A DNA stretch of 64,000 bases. Source: Acidobacteriota bacterium. Its GTDB lineage: Bacteria; Acidobacteriota; Thermoanaerobaculia; Gp7-AA8. The position numbers were made by a program, and so were the translations under genes. Where the stretch lies: contig JAFATB010000012.1 of NCBI GenBank assembly GCA_019244185.1, positions 64,001-128,000 of the forward strand, given 5' to 3'. The notes below the pieces were generated by a model. It saw only the letters and a program-made list of their open reading frames with translations. It searched no databases and was not told the DNA's origin. Below, in pieces: positions 9,567 to 22,541 of the stretch; the first letter of the stretch is position 1, and each line of letters starts with the position of its first letter.

Positions 9567-10123
9567 ACGAGCTGGCGATGATGGAGGCGGCGCTCTTTCA
9601 GCTGCGCGCTGCCGTCGCGGACGATCCGTCTCTTTTGCCGATCCGCCTCAGCGCCGATCTCGTCGCGAACGCCGTGCAGGCGGCGAAGGACGGCGTGAAT
9701 GCCGCGCGCGTGAACGACATCGACTTCGCGCTGCACGACCTGATGGAAGCGACCGACGACGCCGGCGCACCCGACGCCGTCATTTCCGCGATCGCGCTGC
9801 TGCAGAACGACGTCGCCACGCTCCGCGCCGCCACCGCCCTCCCGCCCGCGCTCGTGGCGAGCATCCGCGAGCTGCAGGCGAAGTTGCGCGTGCGCGCGAG
9901 CGCGATGGAGCGCGCGCAATACCGTGCCGAAGGTGCCGCCGCCGCCGAGCTTCCGCATCCGCCCGAAGAACTGCGCGCCGCCGCGACGTCGATCGCGCAC
10001 GCGCTCGCGGACGCCGGCTTCACGACGCCGTCGCTCGACGAACTGCTGCGCCCCGGCGCGCAGCTGCGCTATCACACGCTCAATGAAGTGGTGGACGAAC
10101 TGGACGTGATCGCCGGCGGCTGA
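9563..10123 (+). CDS. Hypothetical all-helical protein (186 aa)
   Basis: ATG overlaps slipin stop (ATGA); codon usage typical of the window; no recognised motif. Confidence 0.7.
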   Translation: MNELAMMEAALFQLRAAVADDPSLLPIRLSADLVANAVQAAKDGVNAARVNDIDFALHDLMEATDDAGAPDAVISAIALLQNDVATLRAATALPPALVASIRELQAKLRVRASAMERAQYRAEGAAAAELPHPPEELRAAATSIAHALADAGFTTPSLDELLRPGAQLRYHTLNEVVDELDVIAGG

Positions 10124-10126
10124 ACG

Positions 10127-10603
10127 CTACGATTCCGAACGGATCTGCTGCGTTAGGTAGCCCTGCAGGCCGACCTGCTCGACGAGCGCCATCTGCGCCT
10201 CGAGCCAGTCGACGTGCTCCTCTTCGTCGTGCAGGATCGCTTCGAGCAGCAGGCGCGAGTTGTTGTCGCCGAGCTCACGGCATTTTTCGATTCCGGCATT
10301 GAGCCGCGGAAGCGCGTCGAGCTCGAGCGCGTAGTCGGATTTGAGAATCTCCGGCACGTCCTCGCCGATGTTGATCTTGCCGAGGCGCTGGACATTCGGG
10401 ATGCCTTCGAGGAACAGCACGCGTTCGATCAGCTCCTCGGCATGCTTCATCTCGCCGATGGAGTGCTTGCGGATGACGGCGTGCAGGCGGTCGTAGCCCC
10501 AGTTCTCGCACATCTCCGCGTGGACGAAGTACTGGTTGATGGCGGTCAGCTCCGCCGTCAGCACGTCGTTGAGCAGCTCGATGATCGTTCCGTCGCCCCG
10601 CAT
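10127..10603 (-). CDS. bfr: Bacterioferritin
   Basis: ELTAINQYFVH, EMKHA (heme Met), EEEHVDWLE ferroxidase ligands. Confidence 0.96.
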   Translation of the reverse strand: MRGDGTIIELLNDVLTAELTAINQYFVHAEMCENWGYDRLHAVIRKHSIGEMKHAEELIERVLFLEGIPNVQRLGKINIGEDVPEILKSDYALELDALPRLNAGIEKCRELGDNNSRLLLEAILHDEEEHVDWLEAQMALVEQVGLQGYLTQQIRSES

Positions 10604-10616
10604 GCGCGGGAGCCTA

Positions 10617-10850
10617 TCACGCGTGTACGGCGTCGATGTGCGGGTGCGGAGGATGCGCGGCGTTCGCCGCGGCGGCGCTGCACGCCGAGGCTGACGCGTG
10701 CGCGCCGAGCATCGAGCGGAGCGAGATGTGGCAGGAGCCGCACTGGTCGCCGATGCCGCAGCGCTGCAGGTCGCGCACGGTGGATGCGCCGGCGTCGAGC
10801 GCCTTGCGGACTTCGCGTTCCGATTTGCCGCGGCAGATGCAGACGATCAA
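10617..10850 (-). CDS. bfd: Bacterioferritin-associated [2Fe-2S] ferredoxin
   Basis: IVCIC...GDQCGSC pattern, directly upstream of bfr; TTG start at 10850 assumed. Confidence 0.85.
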   Translation of the reverse strand: MIVCICRGKSEREVRKALDAGASTVRDLQRCGIGDQCGSCHISLRSMLGAHASASACSAAAANAAHPPHPHIDAVHA

Positions 10851-10879
10851 GGTGAAGGGTTCCGTCCTCTTGCAGATTC

Positions 10880-10894
10880 TGAGACTCAGTCTCA
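10880..10894. promoter_or_regulatory. Perfect 7-1-7 inverted repeat TGAGACT-C-AGTCTCA, putative Fur-family iron box
   Basis: Lies 30 bp upstream of bfd; same geometry as the 7-1-7 Fur box TGATAAT-N-ATTATCA. Confidence 0.7.
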
Positions 10895-10925
10895 ATCGCC
10901 ATGATGCCGGTTCTGTTCCCGGACG

Positions 10926-13142
<2,217 letters not shown>

Positions 13143-13183
13143 AGGGTTGTCCGCGGTTACGATACGACGAGGGACGAGGCCGC

Positions 13184-13807
13184 ATGAAGCGATTCATCCG
13201 CGTGGTCGATGACTTTTACGCCGATCCGCAGGCGGTGCGGCGACGCGCGCTGGAGATGACGTACACCGAGCCGGAGAACCTCGTCGGCTGGCGCACGAAG
13301 GCATATCAGCCGCGCGGCATCAGGCAGCGCATCGAGTCGCGGTTCGGCGTGCGCATCCCGTACTGGGAAGCGGACCTCGACGCGATCGAGGCGTGCAACG
13401 GCGTCTTCTTCACGAGCTACGCGAAAGGCGCGCGCAGCGAGCGCGTCGGCATCCACTTCGACGATCCGCCGCGGTGGGTGATGTTTCTCATCTACCTCAC
13501 GCCCGACGCGCCGTACGACGCCGGCACGTCGCTCTGGCAGCACCGCAAAACCGGCATCGTCGCGAAGCCGACGCGGCGCGACGCCGAGCGCCTCGGCATC
13601 CCGCTCGATGAGCTCTTCGCCACGATCGAGCACGACGCGAAGATCCGCGGCCGGTGGATCGAGATCGACCGCGTCGGCAACGTCTTCAATCGCGCGGTCA
13701 TGTTCCCCGGCGGCTTCTATCATTCCGCGTCGCGACACTTCGGCTCCGGCTTCCGCGACGGGCGCATCTATCAGTCGTTCCACTTCCCCGTGGAACTGTT
13801 GCGCTGA
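13184..13807 (+). CDS. DUF6445-like 2OG-Fe(II) dioxygenase-fold protein
   Basis: VVDDFY.DP, HFD (HxD), IYLTP, GTSLW, NVFNRAVMF..FYHS, RIYQ. Confidence 0.7.
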   Translation: MKRFIRVVDDFYADPQAVRRRALEMTYTEPENLVGWRTKAYQPRGIRQRIESRFGVRIPYWEADLDAIEACNGVFFTSYAKGARSERVGIHFDDPPRWVMFLIYLTPDAPYDAGTSLWQHRKTGIVAKPTRRDAERLGIPLDELFATIEHDAKIRGRWIEIDRVGNVFNRAVMFPGGFYHSASRHFGSGFRDGRIYQSFHFPVELLR

Positions 13808-14668
13808 TCACGGCGACGCGACGACGCTCGCCTTCGCGAGGTGCATCATCTCGCCGACGCGCAACCCGTCGCGACGCTGGTCGAGATAGCGCGCGTTCAG
13901 CTCCGCGGGGCCGAGATCTTCGATCTGCGTGAAGCCGGCGTCGTGCAACAGCGCTCGCAGCTCCGCGGGTGCGAAGAAGCTTTTCCACGGCTCGCCCGCG
14001 GCCGCGACGCGCGCGGCCATCGCATCGAACACGAGTCGTCCGACGAGACTCAGCTCGTGCGGCGGCGTGCCGTAGTCGAAGACGACGGTCGTCTCCGCGT
14101 TCTGCATTGCGATGAAGCGCAGCGTGTGCGCGATCGCCTCGGGCTCGAGATACGGCACGACGCCGAGCCACGAGAAGAACGCCGGCGCGCCGCGATCGAA
14201 GCCCGCGGCGGCGAGCTCGCGTTCGAGCGTGGTCTTCGCGAAGTCGACCGGCACGTACACGGTGTCCACGGCCGGCGAAATCGCCGCATCGGCGAGCCGT
14301 TGCCGCTTCGCGTTTTGCGTGTCCGGATGATCGACCTCGAAGACGCGCAGCCGCGCGTACGGATTGCGCAACGCGAAGGTATCGAAGCCGGCGCCGAGCA
14401 CCACGTACTGCGCGCATCCGCGCAGCACCGCCTCGCGCAGCTCATCCTCTGCATACCGGCTGCGCACCGCCAGCGCGATGCGCAGATACGCCGCCGCGCG
14501 CGACGAATCGTAGGCATGCGGATCGGCGCGCACGCGCGCGGCGACCTCCGGATCGAGCACGCGGAACGCGAACGGATCGTCGAAGACGAGCGGGTCGTCG
14601 AGAAGCTGGTGCGCGGCGCGGCGGGCGGCGACGCGTTCCGCGGTCCGGCTGCCCTGTCCTTCCTTCAC
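13808..14668 (-). CDS. SAM-dependent methyltransferase (LCM/Ppm1, TIGR00027-like)
   Basis: RAAHQ, DDPFA, QYVVLGAGFDT, VFEVDHP, WLGVVPYL. Confidence 0.88.
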   Translation of the reverse strand: MKEGQGSRTAERVAARRAAHQLLDDPLVFDDPFAFRVLDPEVAARVRADPHAYDSSRAAAYLRIALAVRSRYAEDELREAVLRGCAQYVVLGAGFDTFALRNPYARLRVFEVDHPDTQNAKRQRLADAAISPAVDTVYVPVDFAKTTLERELAAAGFDRGAPAFFSWLGVVPYLEPEAIAHTLRFIAMQNAETTVVFDYGTPPHELSLVGRLVFDAMAARVAAAGEPWKSFFAPAELRALLHDAGFTQIEDLGPAELNARYLDQRRDGLRVGEMMHLAKASVVASP

Positions 14669-14674
14669 GCGGCG

Positions 14675-15136
14675 TTACGGGATGTCGGGCTCGACCAGCT
14701 GCGCGAGCAGCGTGAGCGAGTCCTGCCAGCCGAGGTAACAGGCCTCGGCGGGAATCGCCGCGGGGACGCCTTCCTGGACGATGTTCACCTCGGTGCCGAC
14801 GGAGACCGGCGTCAGCGTGACCGTCGTGGTCATCGAGCCGGGGAGGTTCGGGTCGTCGAACTTGTCGGAGTAGCGCAGGCGCTCGTTCGGCACGAGCTCG
14901 AGGTACTCGCCGCCGAACGCATGTTCCTGCCCGGTGCCGAAGTTGCGGAACGACATGTGGTACCGGCCGCCGACGCGCGCGTCCATCGCGTGCACTTTTC
15001 CGATGAAGCCGTTCGGCGGCAGCCACTTCGGCAGCGCGTCCGCGTCGAGGAACGCGCGGTAGATCTTCTCGGGCCGCGTGCGGATCACGCGATGAAGGCG
15101 GATGGTGTTCGTCGACTTGCCGTTGCTCTGCGTCAT
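14675..15136 (-). CDS. SRPBCC/AHSA1-like domain protein
   Basis: PEKIYRAFLD..ALPKWLPP, DARVGG, GEYLELVPNERL, GWQDSL. Confidence 0.88.
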   Translation of the reverse strand: MTQSNGKSTNTIRLHRVIRTRPEKIYRAFLDADALPKWLPPNGFIGKVHAMDARVGGRYHMSFRNFGTGQEHAFGGEYLELVPNERLRYSDKFDDPNLPGSMTTTVTLTPVSVGTEVNIVQEGVPAAIPAEACYLGWQDSLTLLAQLVEPDIP

Positions 15137-15192
15137 GCGGCGAACGATAGCGGAAGAAATCGAGCGCGTCGACCACGTGTTCCGCTCGCCTG

Positions 15193-16560
15193 ATGCACTT
15201 CCGCCAGTTCTACCTGAACTGCCTCGCCCACGCGTCGTATCTCGTCGCCTCCGACGGCGAAGCCGCGGTCATCGATCCGCAGCGCGACATCGAGCAGTAC
15301 CTCGACGAAGCGCAGCGCCTTGGCGCGACGATTCGTTACGTGATCGAGACGCATCTCCACGCCGACTTCGTGAGCGGCCATCGCGAGCTCGCCGCGCGCA
15401 GCGGCGCGGAGATCGTGTTCGGCCGCGAGGCGCACGCGGAGCTGCCGCATCGCGCGGTCGCCGACGGCGACGAGCTGCGCGTCGGACGCATTCGTCTGCG
15501 CGCGCTGGAGACGCCGGGACATACGCCGGAGAGCGTGTCGTGGCTCGTCGTCGATGAAGACGGCGTCGCGCGCAAGGTGCTCACCGGCGACACGCTGTTC
15601 ATCGGCGACGTCGGCCGTCCCGATCTCGCGGGCGGACGCGGCTTCACGCCGCGGCAGATGGCGTCGCTGCTGTACGACTCGCTGCACGGCAAGCTGCTGA
15701 CGCTCGACGACGAGGTCGAAGTGTGGCCGGCGCACGGCGCGGGCTCGGCGTGCGGCAAGAACATCTCGAACGAACGCTCGTCGACGATCGGCCAGCAGCG
15801 CCGGTTCAACTACGCGCTGCAGCCGATGACGCGCGAGGCGTTCGTCGACATGATGACCAGCGACCTGTCGCCGGCGCCGCGCTACTTTCCGATGGACGCG
15901 GAGCTCAATCGCCGCGGTGCGCGCGCGCTCGACGACGTCCGTGCGACGCCGCTCGATGCACGCGAAGTCGAACGGCAGCTCGCGGACGGCGCGCTCGTCC
16001 TCGACGTGCGCGACGCGGCGGCGTTCGGCGCGGGACACATCGCCGGCGCGATCAACATCGGCCTGCGCGGGCAGTACGCGTCGTGGGCGGGAACGCTGCT
16101 CGCGCCGGAGTCGCGGCTGATCGTCGTCGCGGACGACGACGCGCAGGCTGCCGAGGCGGTGATGCGGCTCGCGCGCGTCGGACTGGAGAACGCGATCGGC
16201 TATCTCGACGGCGGGATCGCGGCGTGGCGCGCGGTGAGACTGCCGCTGGCGACGCTGCCGCAGCTCGCGGTGACGGAGCTGCGCGATCGGCTCGCCGACG
16301 TGCGCGTACTCGATGTGCGGCGTCGCGGCGAGTACGCGTCGGGACACGTGCCGGGCGCGGTGAACGTGCCGCTCGATGTGCTCGAAGACGAGCTGGATGC
16401 GCTGGCGATCGATCGCGACGAGCCGCTGGCGATCATCTGCGCGGGCGGGTATCGCTCGTCGGCCGCGGCGAGCCTGCTGCGGCGGCATGCGTTTGCCTCG
16501 CTCGTAAACGTGAGCGGCGGGACGACGGCCTGGGTTTCTGCGGGATTGAAAACGGAGTGA
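15193..16560 (+). CDS. Metallo-beta-lactamase (persulfide dioxygenase-like) fused to two rhodanese domains
   Basis: ETHLHADFVSGH, TPGHTPE, GDTLFIGDVGRPDL, PAHGAGSACG; C-terminal rhodanese CAGGYRS. Confidence 0.9.
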   Translation: MHFRQFYLNCLAHASYLVASDGEAAVIDPQRDIEQYLDEAQRLGATIRYVIETHLHADFVSGHRELAARSGAEIVFGREAHAELPHRAVADGDELRVGRIRLRALETPGHTPESVSWLVVDEDGVARKVLTGDTLFIGDVGRPDLAGGRGFTPRQMASLLYDSLHGKLLTLDDEVEVWPAHGAGSACGKNISNERSSTIGQQRRFNYALQPMTREAFVDMMTSDLSPAPRYFPMDAELNRRGARALDDVRATPLDAREVERQLADGALVLDVRDAAAFGAGHIAGAINIGLRGQYASWAGTLLAPESRLIVVADDDAQAAEAVMRLARVGLENAIGYLDGGIAAWRAVRLPLATLPQLAVTELRDRLADVRVLDVRRRGEYASGHVPGAVNVPLDVLEDELDALAIDRDEPLAIICAGGYRSSAAASLLRRHAFASLVNVSGGTTAWVSAGLKTE

Positions 16561-16562
16561 GA

Positions 16563-16584
16563 GGCGCGGCGTGAGAGCCGCGCC
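16563..16584. terminator. GC hairpin between convergent genes
   Basis: GGCGCGGC-gtgaga-GCCGCGCC. Confidence 0.5.
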
Positions 16585-16590
16585 CCATCA

Positions 16591-17804
<1,214 letters not shown>

Positions 17805-17808
<4 letters not shown>

Positions 17809-18548
17809 GCCGCGTCCTCCTCGACGTGGAGCAGGTCTTCGGCCGCCTTGCGGCGGTTCGCCACCGGCTCGTCGCGGCGGATGTGGCCGTCGCGGATCTC
17901 GACGACGCGCGTGGCGTACGCCGCTACGTCCGGCTCGTGCGTGACGAGCACGATGGTGATGCCCTGCGTGTTCAGCTCCTGAAAGAGCGCCATCACCTCA
18001 ATGGTCGTTTTCGTATCGAGGTTGCCGGTCGGCTCGTCGGCGAGGACGAGCGCCGGCTCGGTGACGAGCGCGCGGGCGATGGCCACGCGCTGCTGCTGCC
18101 CGCCGGAGAGCTCGCTCGGCTGATGGTCAAGACGTTGACCGAGTCCGACGCGCTCGAGCGCGGCCACGGCCAGCTTGCGCGGATCGCGTTTCTTTCCGCC
18201 GCGGTCGTAGAGCAGCGGCAGCTCGACGTTCTCGACCGCCGTCGTGCGCGCGAGCAGGTTGAAGCCCTGAAAGACGAAGCCGAGCTTCTGGTTGCGAATG
18301 GCCGCGAGCTCGTTCTTTCCCAGGCCGTCGACGCGCACGCCGTCGAGCTCGTAGGTGCCCGACGTCGGCGTGTCGAGGCAGCCGAGGAGATTCATCAGCG
18401 TCGACTTGCCCGAACCGGACGAGCCCATGATGGCCACGAGCTCGCCGCGATGGATGGTCAGGTCGATGCCGCGCAGCGCGTGCACTTCCGTCGCGCCGGT
18501 GGAGTACGTCTTCGTGAGACCGTGGACTTCGATGACGGCGTCGCCCAT
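17805..18548 (-). CDS. MacB/LolD-type ABC ATP-binding protein
   Basis: [33 protein letters not shown]. Confidence 0.94.
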
Positions 18549-19903
18549 CAGAAGCCTCCCGGTCCGCCCGCTCCGCGGCGCTGTCCCTGCGGCTGCTGGC
18601 CGCCGCCGAACGGGTTGTTGCTACCGGTCGAAGTCGACGCGGTCGCGGGAGTGTTCTTCTGCGAGGCGCCGGCGACGATTTTCATCCCTTCCTTCAGATT
18701 GCGCCCGCGAACTTCGGTATACGTTCCGTCGGTGATGCCGGTGCGGACGCGGACCGGGACGAGCTGGCCCTTCTCATTGAGCGTATAGATCGTGCCCATG
18801 CCGCCGCTGCGCGTGCGTCCCGCGCCGCCACCACCCTGCTGCCGGCGCTGCATCCACTGCGCGCGCTGTTCGGCCGTTGGCGTTCCATTCGCGCCGCCGG
18901 CATTCGCACCGCCGCCGTTTGCGGTCGACGTGCGTCCGCCCGTGCCGGTCGATGCGGTCGTGTCGGTCTTGACGACGTCCGCGTCATCGGCGGGCTTGAA
19001 GCGCAGCGCCGCGTTCGGAACCTTCAGCACCGCGCTGGCGGTCTTGACGAGGAACTCGACGCGCGCGGTCATGCCGGGGAGGAGCTTCTTCTCCGGGTTC
19101 TCGACGGAGACGACGACGGTGTAGTTGACGACGTTCTCGGTCGTCGCGGACTGCAGGCGCACCTGCTGGACGGTTCCTTTGAAAGTTTGTCCCGTCAGCG
19201 CGGCGACGGTGAACTGCACCGGCTGCCCTTCCTGGATCTGGGCGATGTCGGCCTCGCCGACCTGCGCGAGGATCTGCATGTGCGTGAGGTCGTTGGCGAT
19301 GAGGAACAGCTCCGGCGCGGAGAGGCTGGCCGCGACGGTCTGGCCGATGTCGACCTTGCGCTCGACAACGACGCCGTCGATCGGTGCGTAGATGTTCGTG
19401 TACGACAGGTTCTGGCGCGCGCGGTCGAGGGCGACGCGCGCAGATTTCACGGTCGCGGCGGCGACGTCGGTCGATGATTCGGTCTGTTCGAGCTCGCTCT
19501 TGGCGATGAGGCCGGACGCGGAGAGCTCGCGGTTGCGCGCGTAGTCGCGGCGCGCCTGGAGAGCCTGCGCCTGCACCTTCTGCAGATTCGCTTCGGCGTC
19601 GGTGACGGCCTGTCGGGCGAGCGTCGGATCGATGCGCGCGAGAAGCTCACCTTTCTTTACTTCATCGTTGAAGTCGGCATGCAGCTCCGAGACCTGTCCG
19701 GAGACCTGCGTACCGACCGTGACGGTGTTCACGGCGCTGAGCGTGCCGGTCGCCGAAACGGTGGAGCGAAGGTCACCCTTTTCGACGGTGGCAAAGCGGT
19801 ACGTCGGCGTTTCCTTCGCGAGAGCCGCGCGATGGACGAGCACGCCAACGACAGCGAGCACGACGATCAGCGCAACAGCGATGAGAGGTTTTTTCGAGTG
19901 CAT
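18548..19903 (-). CDS. MacA-like periplasmic adaptor (membrane fusion protein)
   Basis: VTVGTQVSG, IYAPIDGVV, GQTVAASL.APELF, LLPGMTA; start at ATG 19903 with GAAGGAG SD. Confidence 0.92.
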   Translation of the reverse strand: MHSKKPLIAVALIVVLAVVGVLVHRAALAKETPTYRFATVEKGDLRSTVSATGTLSAVNTVTVGTQVSGQVSELHADFNDEVKKGELLARIDPTLARQAVTDAEANLQKVQAQALQARRDYARNRELSASGLIAKSELEQTESSTDVAAATVKSARVALDRARQNLSYTNIYAPIDGVVVERKVDIGQTVAASLSAPELFLIANDLTHMQILAQVGEADIAQIQEGQPVQFTVAALTGQTFKGTVQQVRLQSATTENVVNYTVVVSVENPEKKLLPGMTARVEFLVKTASAVLKVPNAALRFKPADDADVVKTDTTASTGTGGRTSTANGGGANAGGANGTPTAEQRAQWMQRRQQGGGGAGRTRSGGMGTIYTLNEKGQLVPVRVRTGITDGTYTEVRGRNLKEGMKIVAGASQKNTPATASTSTGSNNPFGGGQQPQGQRRGAGGPGGF

Positions 19904-19924
19904 GATGACTCCTTCAGAAAGACT

Positions 19925-19948
19925 GTGGGAGGCGTCGCCGCCTCCCAC
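19925..19948 (-). terminator. Hairpin between spy and macA (terminator or mRNA-stabilising stem)
   Basis: GTGGGAGGCG-tcgc-CGCCTCCCAC, 10-bp perfect stem. Confidence 0.55.
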
Positions 19949-19972
19949 GGGTTCACTGCGCGGCGAGACTGC

Positions 19973-20449
19973 TCACTGATTGCTGCGCTGCTTGCGTTCC
20001 TGCATCCGCTGCGCCCGTTCAGCCTTCAGCGTGTCCCACTGGGCGCGCTGCTCGGGCGTGAGGATCTGCGCGATCTTCTGATCCTGCGCGGCGCGGAGCT
20101 CCTTGAACTGCGCGCGTTGCGCATCGAGCGTGGGCTTCAGCGCGTCGAGCTTGGCCTGGTCGCCGGCCTGCTTCGCGGCGCGAAGCTCCTGGCGCGTCGC
20201 ACGAGCCTGCTGGAAGAGCGGCTTGTTGGCTTCGTAGAAGCCTTTGCGGATGTCGCGGATCTGCTGCTTCTGCGCGTCGGTGAGGCCGAGCTTCTCGGCG
20301 AACTTCGCGCCGAACGCGCCCTTGCGGCCGTGGCGGCCGTGATGGAACTGACGCTGGCCGTCCGCGGTGCTCGGGTCGCCGGTGGCGCCGAAGGCGAGCG
20401 TCGCGCCGAGGGCGAGGACTCCAACTGCTGCGATCACTTTGTTTTTCAT
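19973..20449 (-). CDS. Spy/CpxP-family periplasmic chaperone (LTXXQ)
   Basis: Signal peptide MKNKVIAAVGVLALGATLAFG; LGLTDAQKQQI and ILTPEQRAQ motifs; AAGGAG SD. Confidence 0.88.
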   Translation of the reverse strand: MKNKVIAAVGVLALGATLAFGATGDPSTADGQRQFHHGRHGRKGAFGAKFAEKLGLTDAQKQQIRDIRKGFYEANKPLFQQARATRQELRAAKQAGDQAKLDALKPTLDAQRAQFKELRAAQDQKIAQILTPEQRAQWDTLKAERAQRMQERKQRSNQ

Positions 20450-20514
20450 GGTGGCTTTCATCTCCTTGGTGCCTAGAAAGACGTTTTCGGGAAGGCGTCT
20501 GTTTCGCCAAAACC

Positions 20515-20547
20515 ATGAGCTGCACGGGGTTGTCACGAACTGCACGG
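20515..20547 (-). promoter_or_regulatory. Direct repeat CCGTGCAGTTCGT / CCGTGCAGCTCAT, putative LytTR binding site
   Basis: 11/13 identical repeat with 20-bp period between divergent spy and LytS genes. Confidence 0.6.
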
Positions 20548-20591
20548 AACGCGGCACCAGCGGCAGCGCGGACATTGCACAATGGCGCTGC

Positions 20592-21743
20592 ATGAGGGAA
20601 ACCGAACGCGATTACGCCCGGCTGAGCCCGCGTGAGCTGGCGCTGATCTTCGCGTTCTGGACCTTCCTCGCCACGCTCTCCTCCGTCAACCGCATCCTCG
20701 ATCCTCGCGGCCTCGGCTTCCGGCTGATGTCGCCCGCGGGGCCGATCGTGCTCGCCTTTATCGAGTCGTGGCTGTGGGCCGCGTTCACGCCCGCCATCTT
20801 CTGGCTCTGCAGCCGGATGACGCACGCGCAGGCGTCGTGGCTCGCGCGCGTGACGCTGCTGATCGTGATCGGGTTCGCGGTGTCGATCGCCGCGTACGTG
20901 GTCGTCGACTTCGCGCGCGAGGTGCTGCTGCCCGTCCGACCGCCGCGCCGCCCGCCGCCGCCCGGCGGACCGCTGCGTGACATCCTGCGGTTCCGTTTCG
21001 TCAATCAGCTGCTCTTCTACATGGCCGTGCTCGCCGCGGGCTTCGCGCGCGAGTTCTTCCTGCGCGACCAGGCGCGGCAGCGGCAGGCGAGCGTGCTCGC
21101 CGCGCAGACCGCCACGCTGCAGGCCCAGCTCGCCGACGCGAAGCTCGACGCGCTGCGCATGCAGCTCAATCCGCACTTCCTGTTCAACACGCTGCACGCG
21201 ATGTCGGCGCTCGTCGAGCGCGATCCGGCCGGCGTGCGCAAGATGATCGCGCGCATGAGCGAGCTGCTGCGCCGCACCATCGATCGCCGCGCCGCCGACG
21301 AGGTGCCGCTGCGCGACGAGCTCGGCCTCCTGCAGCGCTACATCGAGATCATGGAGATCCGCTTCCAGGGGCGGCTGCGCGTCGAGCAGTCGATCGATCC
21401 GAACGTGCTCGAGGCGCTCGTGCCGAATCTCATCCTGCAGCCGCTCGTCGAGAACGCGCTCGAGCACGGCGTGAGCCGCATCGAAGGCGAGGGCCGCATC
21501 GGCATCAACGCGTCGCGCGCCGATGATTCCGTCGTGCTGCGCGTCACCGACAACGGCCCCGGTCTGCACGAGACGCAGAGCGGCGGCGTCGGTCTCGCGA
21601 ACACGCGCGCGCGTCTCGAACAGCTCTACGGCGACGCGGCGCGCGTCACGCTCACGCCGGCCAGCGGCGGCGGCGTCGTCGCCGAGCTGGAGATTCCGTT
21701 CCACACGTCGGCGGACTTGCGCGCGGAGGGACGCGATGATTGA
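20592..21743 (+). CDS. LytS/YehU-family membrane sensor histidine kinase
   Basis: N-terminal TMs; LRMQLNPHFLFNTL, LQPLVENA, GGVGLANTRARL. Confidence 0.93.
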   Translation: MRETERDYARLSPRELALIFAFWTFLATLSSVNRILDPRGLGFRLMSPAGPIVLAFIESWLWAAFTPAIFWLCSRMTHAQASWLARVTLLIVIGFAVSIAAYVVVDFAREVLLPVRPPRRPPPPGGPLRDILRFRFVNQLLFYMAVLAAGFAREFFLRDQARQRQASVLAAQTATLQAQLADAKLDALRMQLNPHFLFNTLHAMSALVERDPAGVRKMIARMSELLRRTIDRRAADEVPLRDELGLLQRYIEIMEIRFQGRLRVEQSIDPNVLEALVPNLILQPLVENALEHGVSRIEGEGRIGINASRADDSVVLRVTDNGPGLHETQSGGVGLANTRARLEQLYGDAARVTLTPASGGGVVAELEIPFHTSADLRAEGRDD

Positions 21744-22539
21744 AGCTCCGGCGAAGAAAACGATTCGCGTCGTCATCGTCGACGACGAGCCGCTCGCGCG
21801 GCAGCGCATCGAGGACCTGCTCGCGCGCGAGGAAAGCGTCGCCATCGCCGGCAGCGCGTCGAACGGCAACGACGCCGTCGACACGATCCGGCGCCTGCAG
21901 CCCGACCTCGTCTTCCTCGACGTGCAGATGCCGGGGAAGACCGGACTCGAAGTCGTGGAGACGGTCGGCGAGGCGATGCCGGCGACGGTCTTCACGACCG
22001 CGTTCGATCAGTACGCGCTGAAGGCGTTCGATCTCGCCGCCGTCGACTATCTCGTCAAGCCGTTCGACGACGACCGCTTCGCGCAGGCGCTGCGCCGCGC
22101 GCGCAAGTCGATCGAGCTCGAGGAAGTCGGACGCGTGACGCAACGCCTGCTCGCGCTGCTGCAGGAAGCGCCGGAAGGCCCGCCGCCGCAGCCGGCCAAG
22201 CGCGACTATCTCGAGCGCATCTCGGTCGAACTGCGCGGCCAGGTGCGCGTCGTGCCGGTGTCGAAGGTCGACTACATCACCGCGAGCGGCCCGTATGCGG
22301 AGCTGCACGTCGGCGACCGGACGTTTGCGATTCGCGAGCGCATGCAGGCGCTCGAGGAGCGCCTCGACCCCGACGTCTTCTTCCGCATCCACCGCTCCGC
22401 CATCGTGCGCCTCGACCGCATCGACACGATGAAGCACGCCGCCGGCGGCGACTACGCCGTGCGCCTCAAGGACGGCACCGAGCTCTCCGTGAGCCGCACG
22501 CGCCGCGAGGAGCTCGAGCAGCGCCTCGGCATCACCTAG
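21736..22539 (+). CDS. LytTR-family response regulator
   Basis: VDDEPLAR, FLDVQMP, AVDYLVKPF, FFRIHRSAIV, VSR. Confidence 0.94.
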   Translation: MIEAPAKKTIRVVIVDDEPLARQRIEDLLAREESVAIAGSASNGNDAVDTIRRLQPDLVFLDVQMPGKTGLEVVETVGEAMPATVFTTAFDQYALKAFDLAAVDYLVKPFDDDRFAQALRRARKSIELEEVGRVTQRLLALLQEAPEGPPPQPAKRDYLERISVELRGQVRVVPVSKVDYITASGPYAELHVGDRTFAIRERMQALEERLDPDVFFRIHRSAIVRLDRIDTMKHAAGGDYAVRLKDGTELSVSRTRREELEQRLGIT

Positions 22540-22541
22540 CG

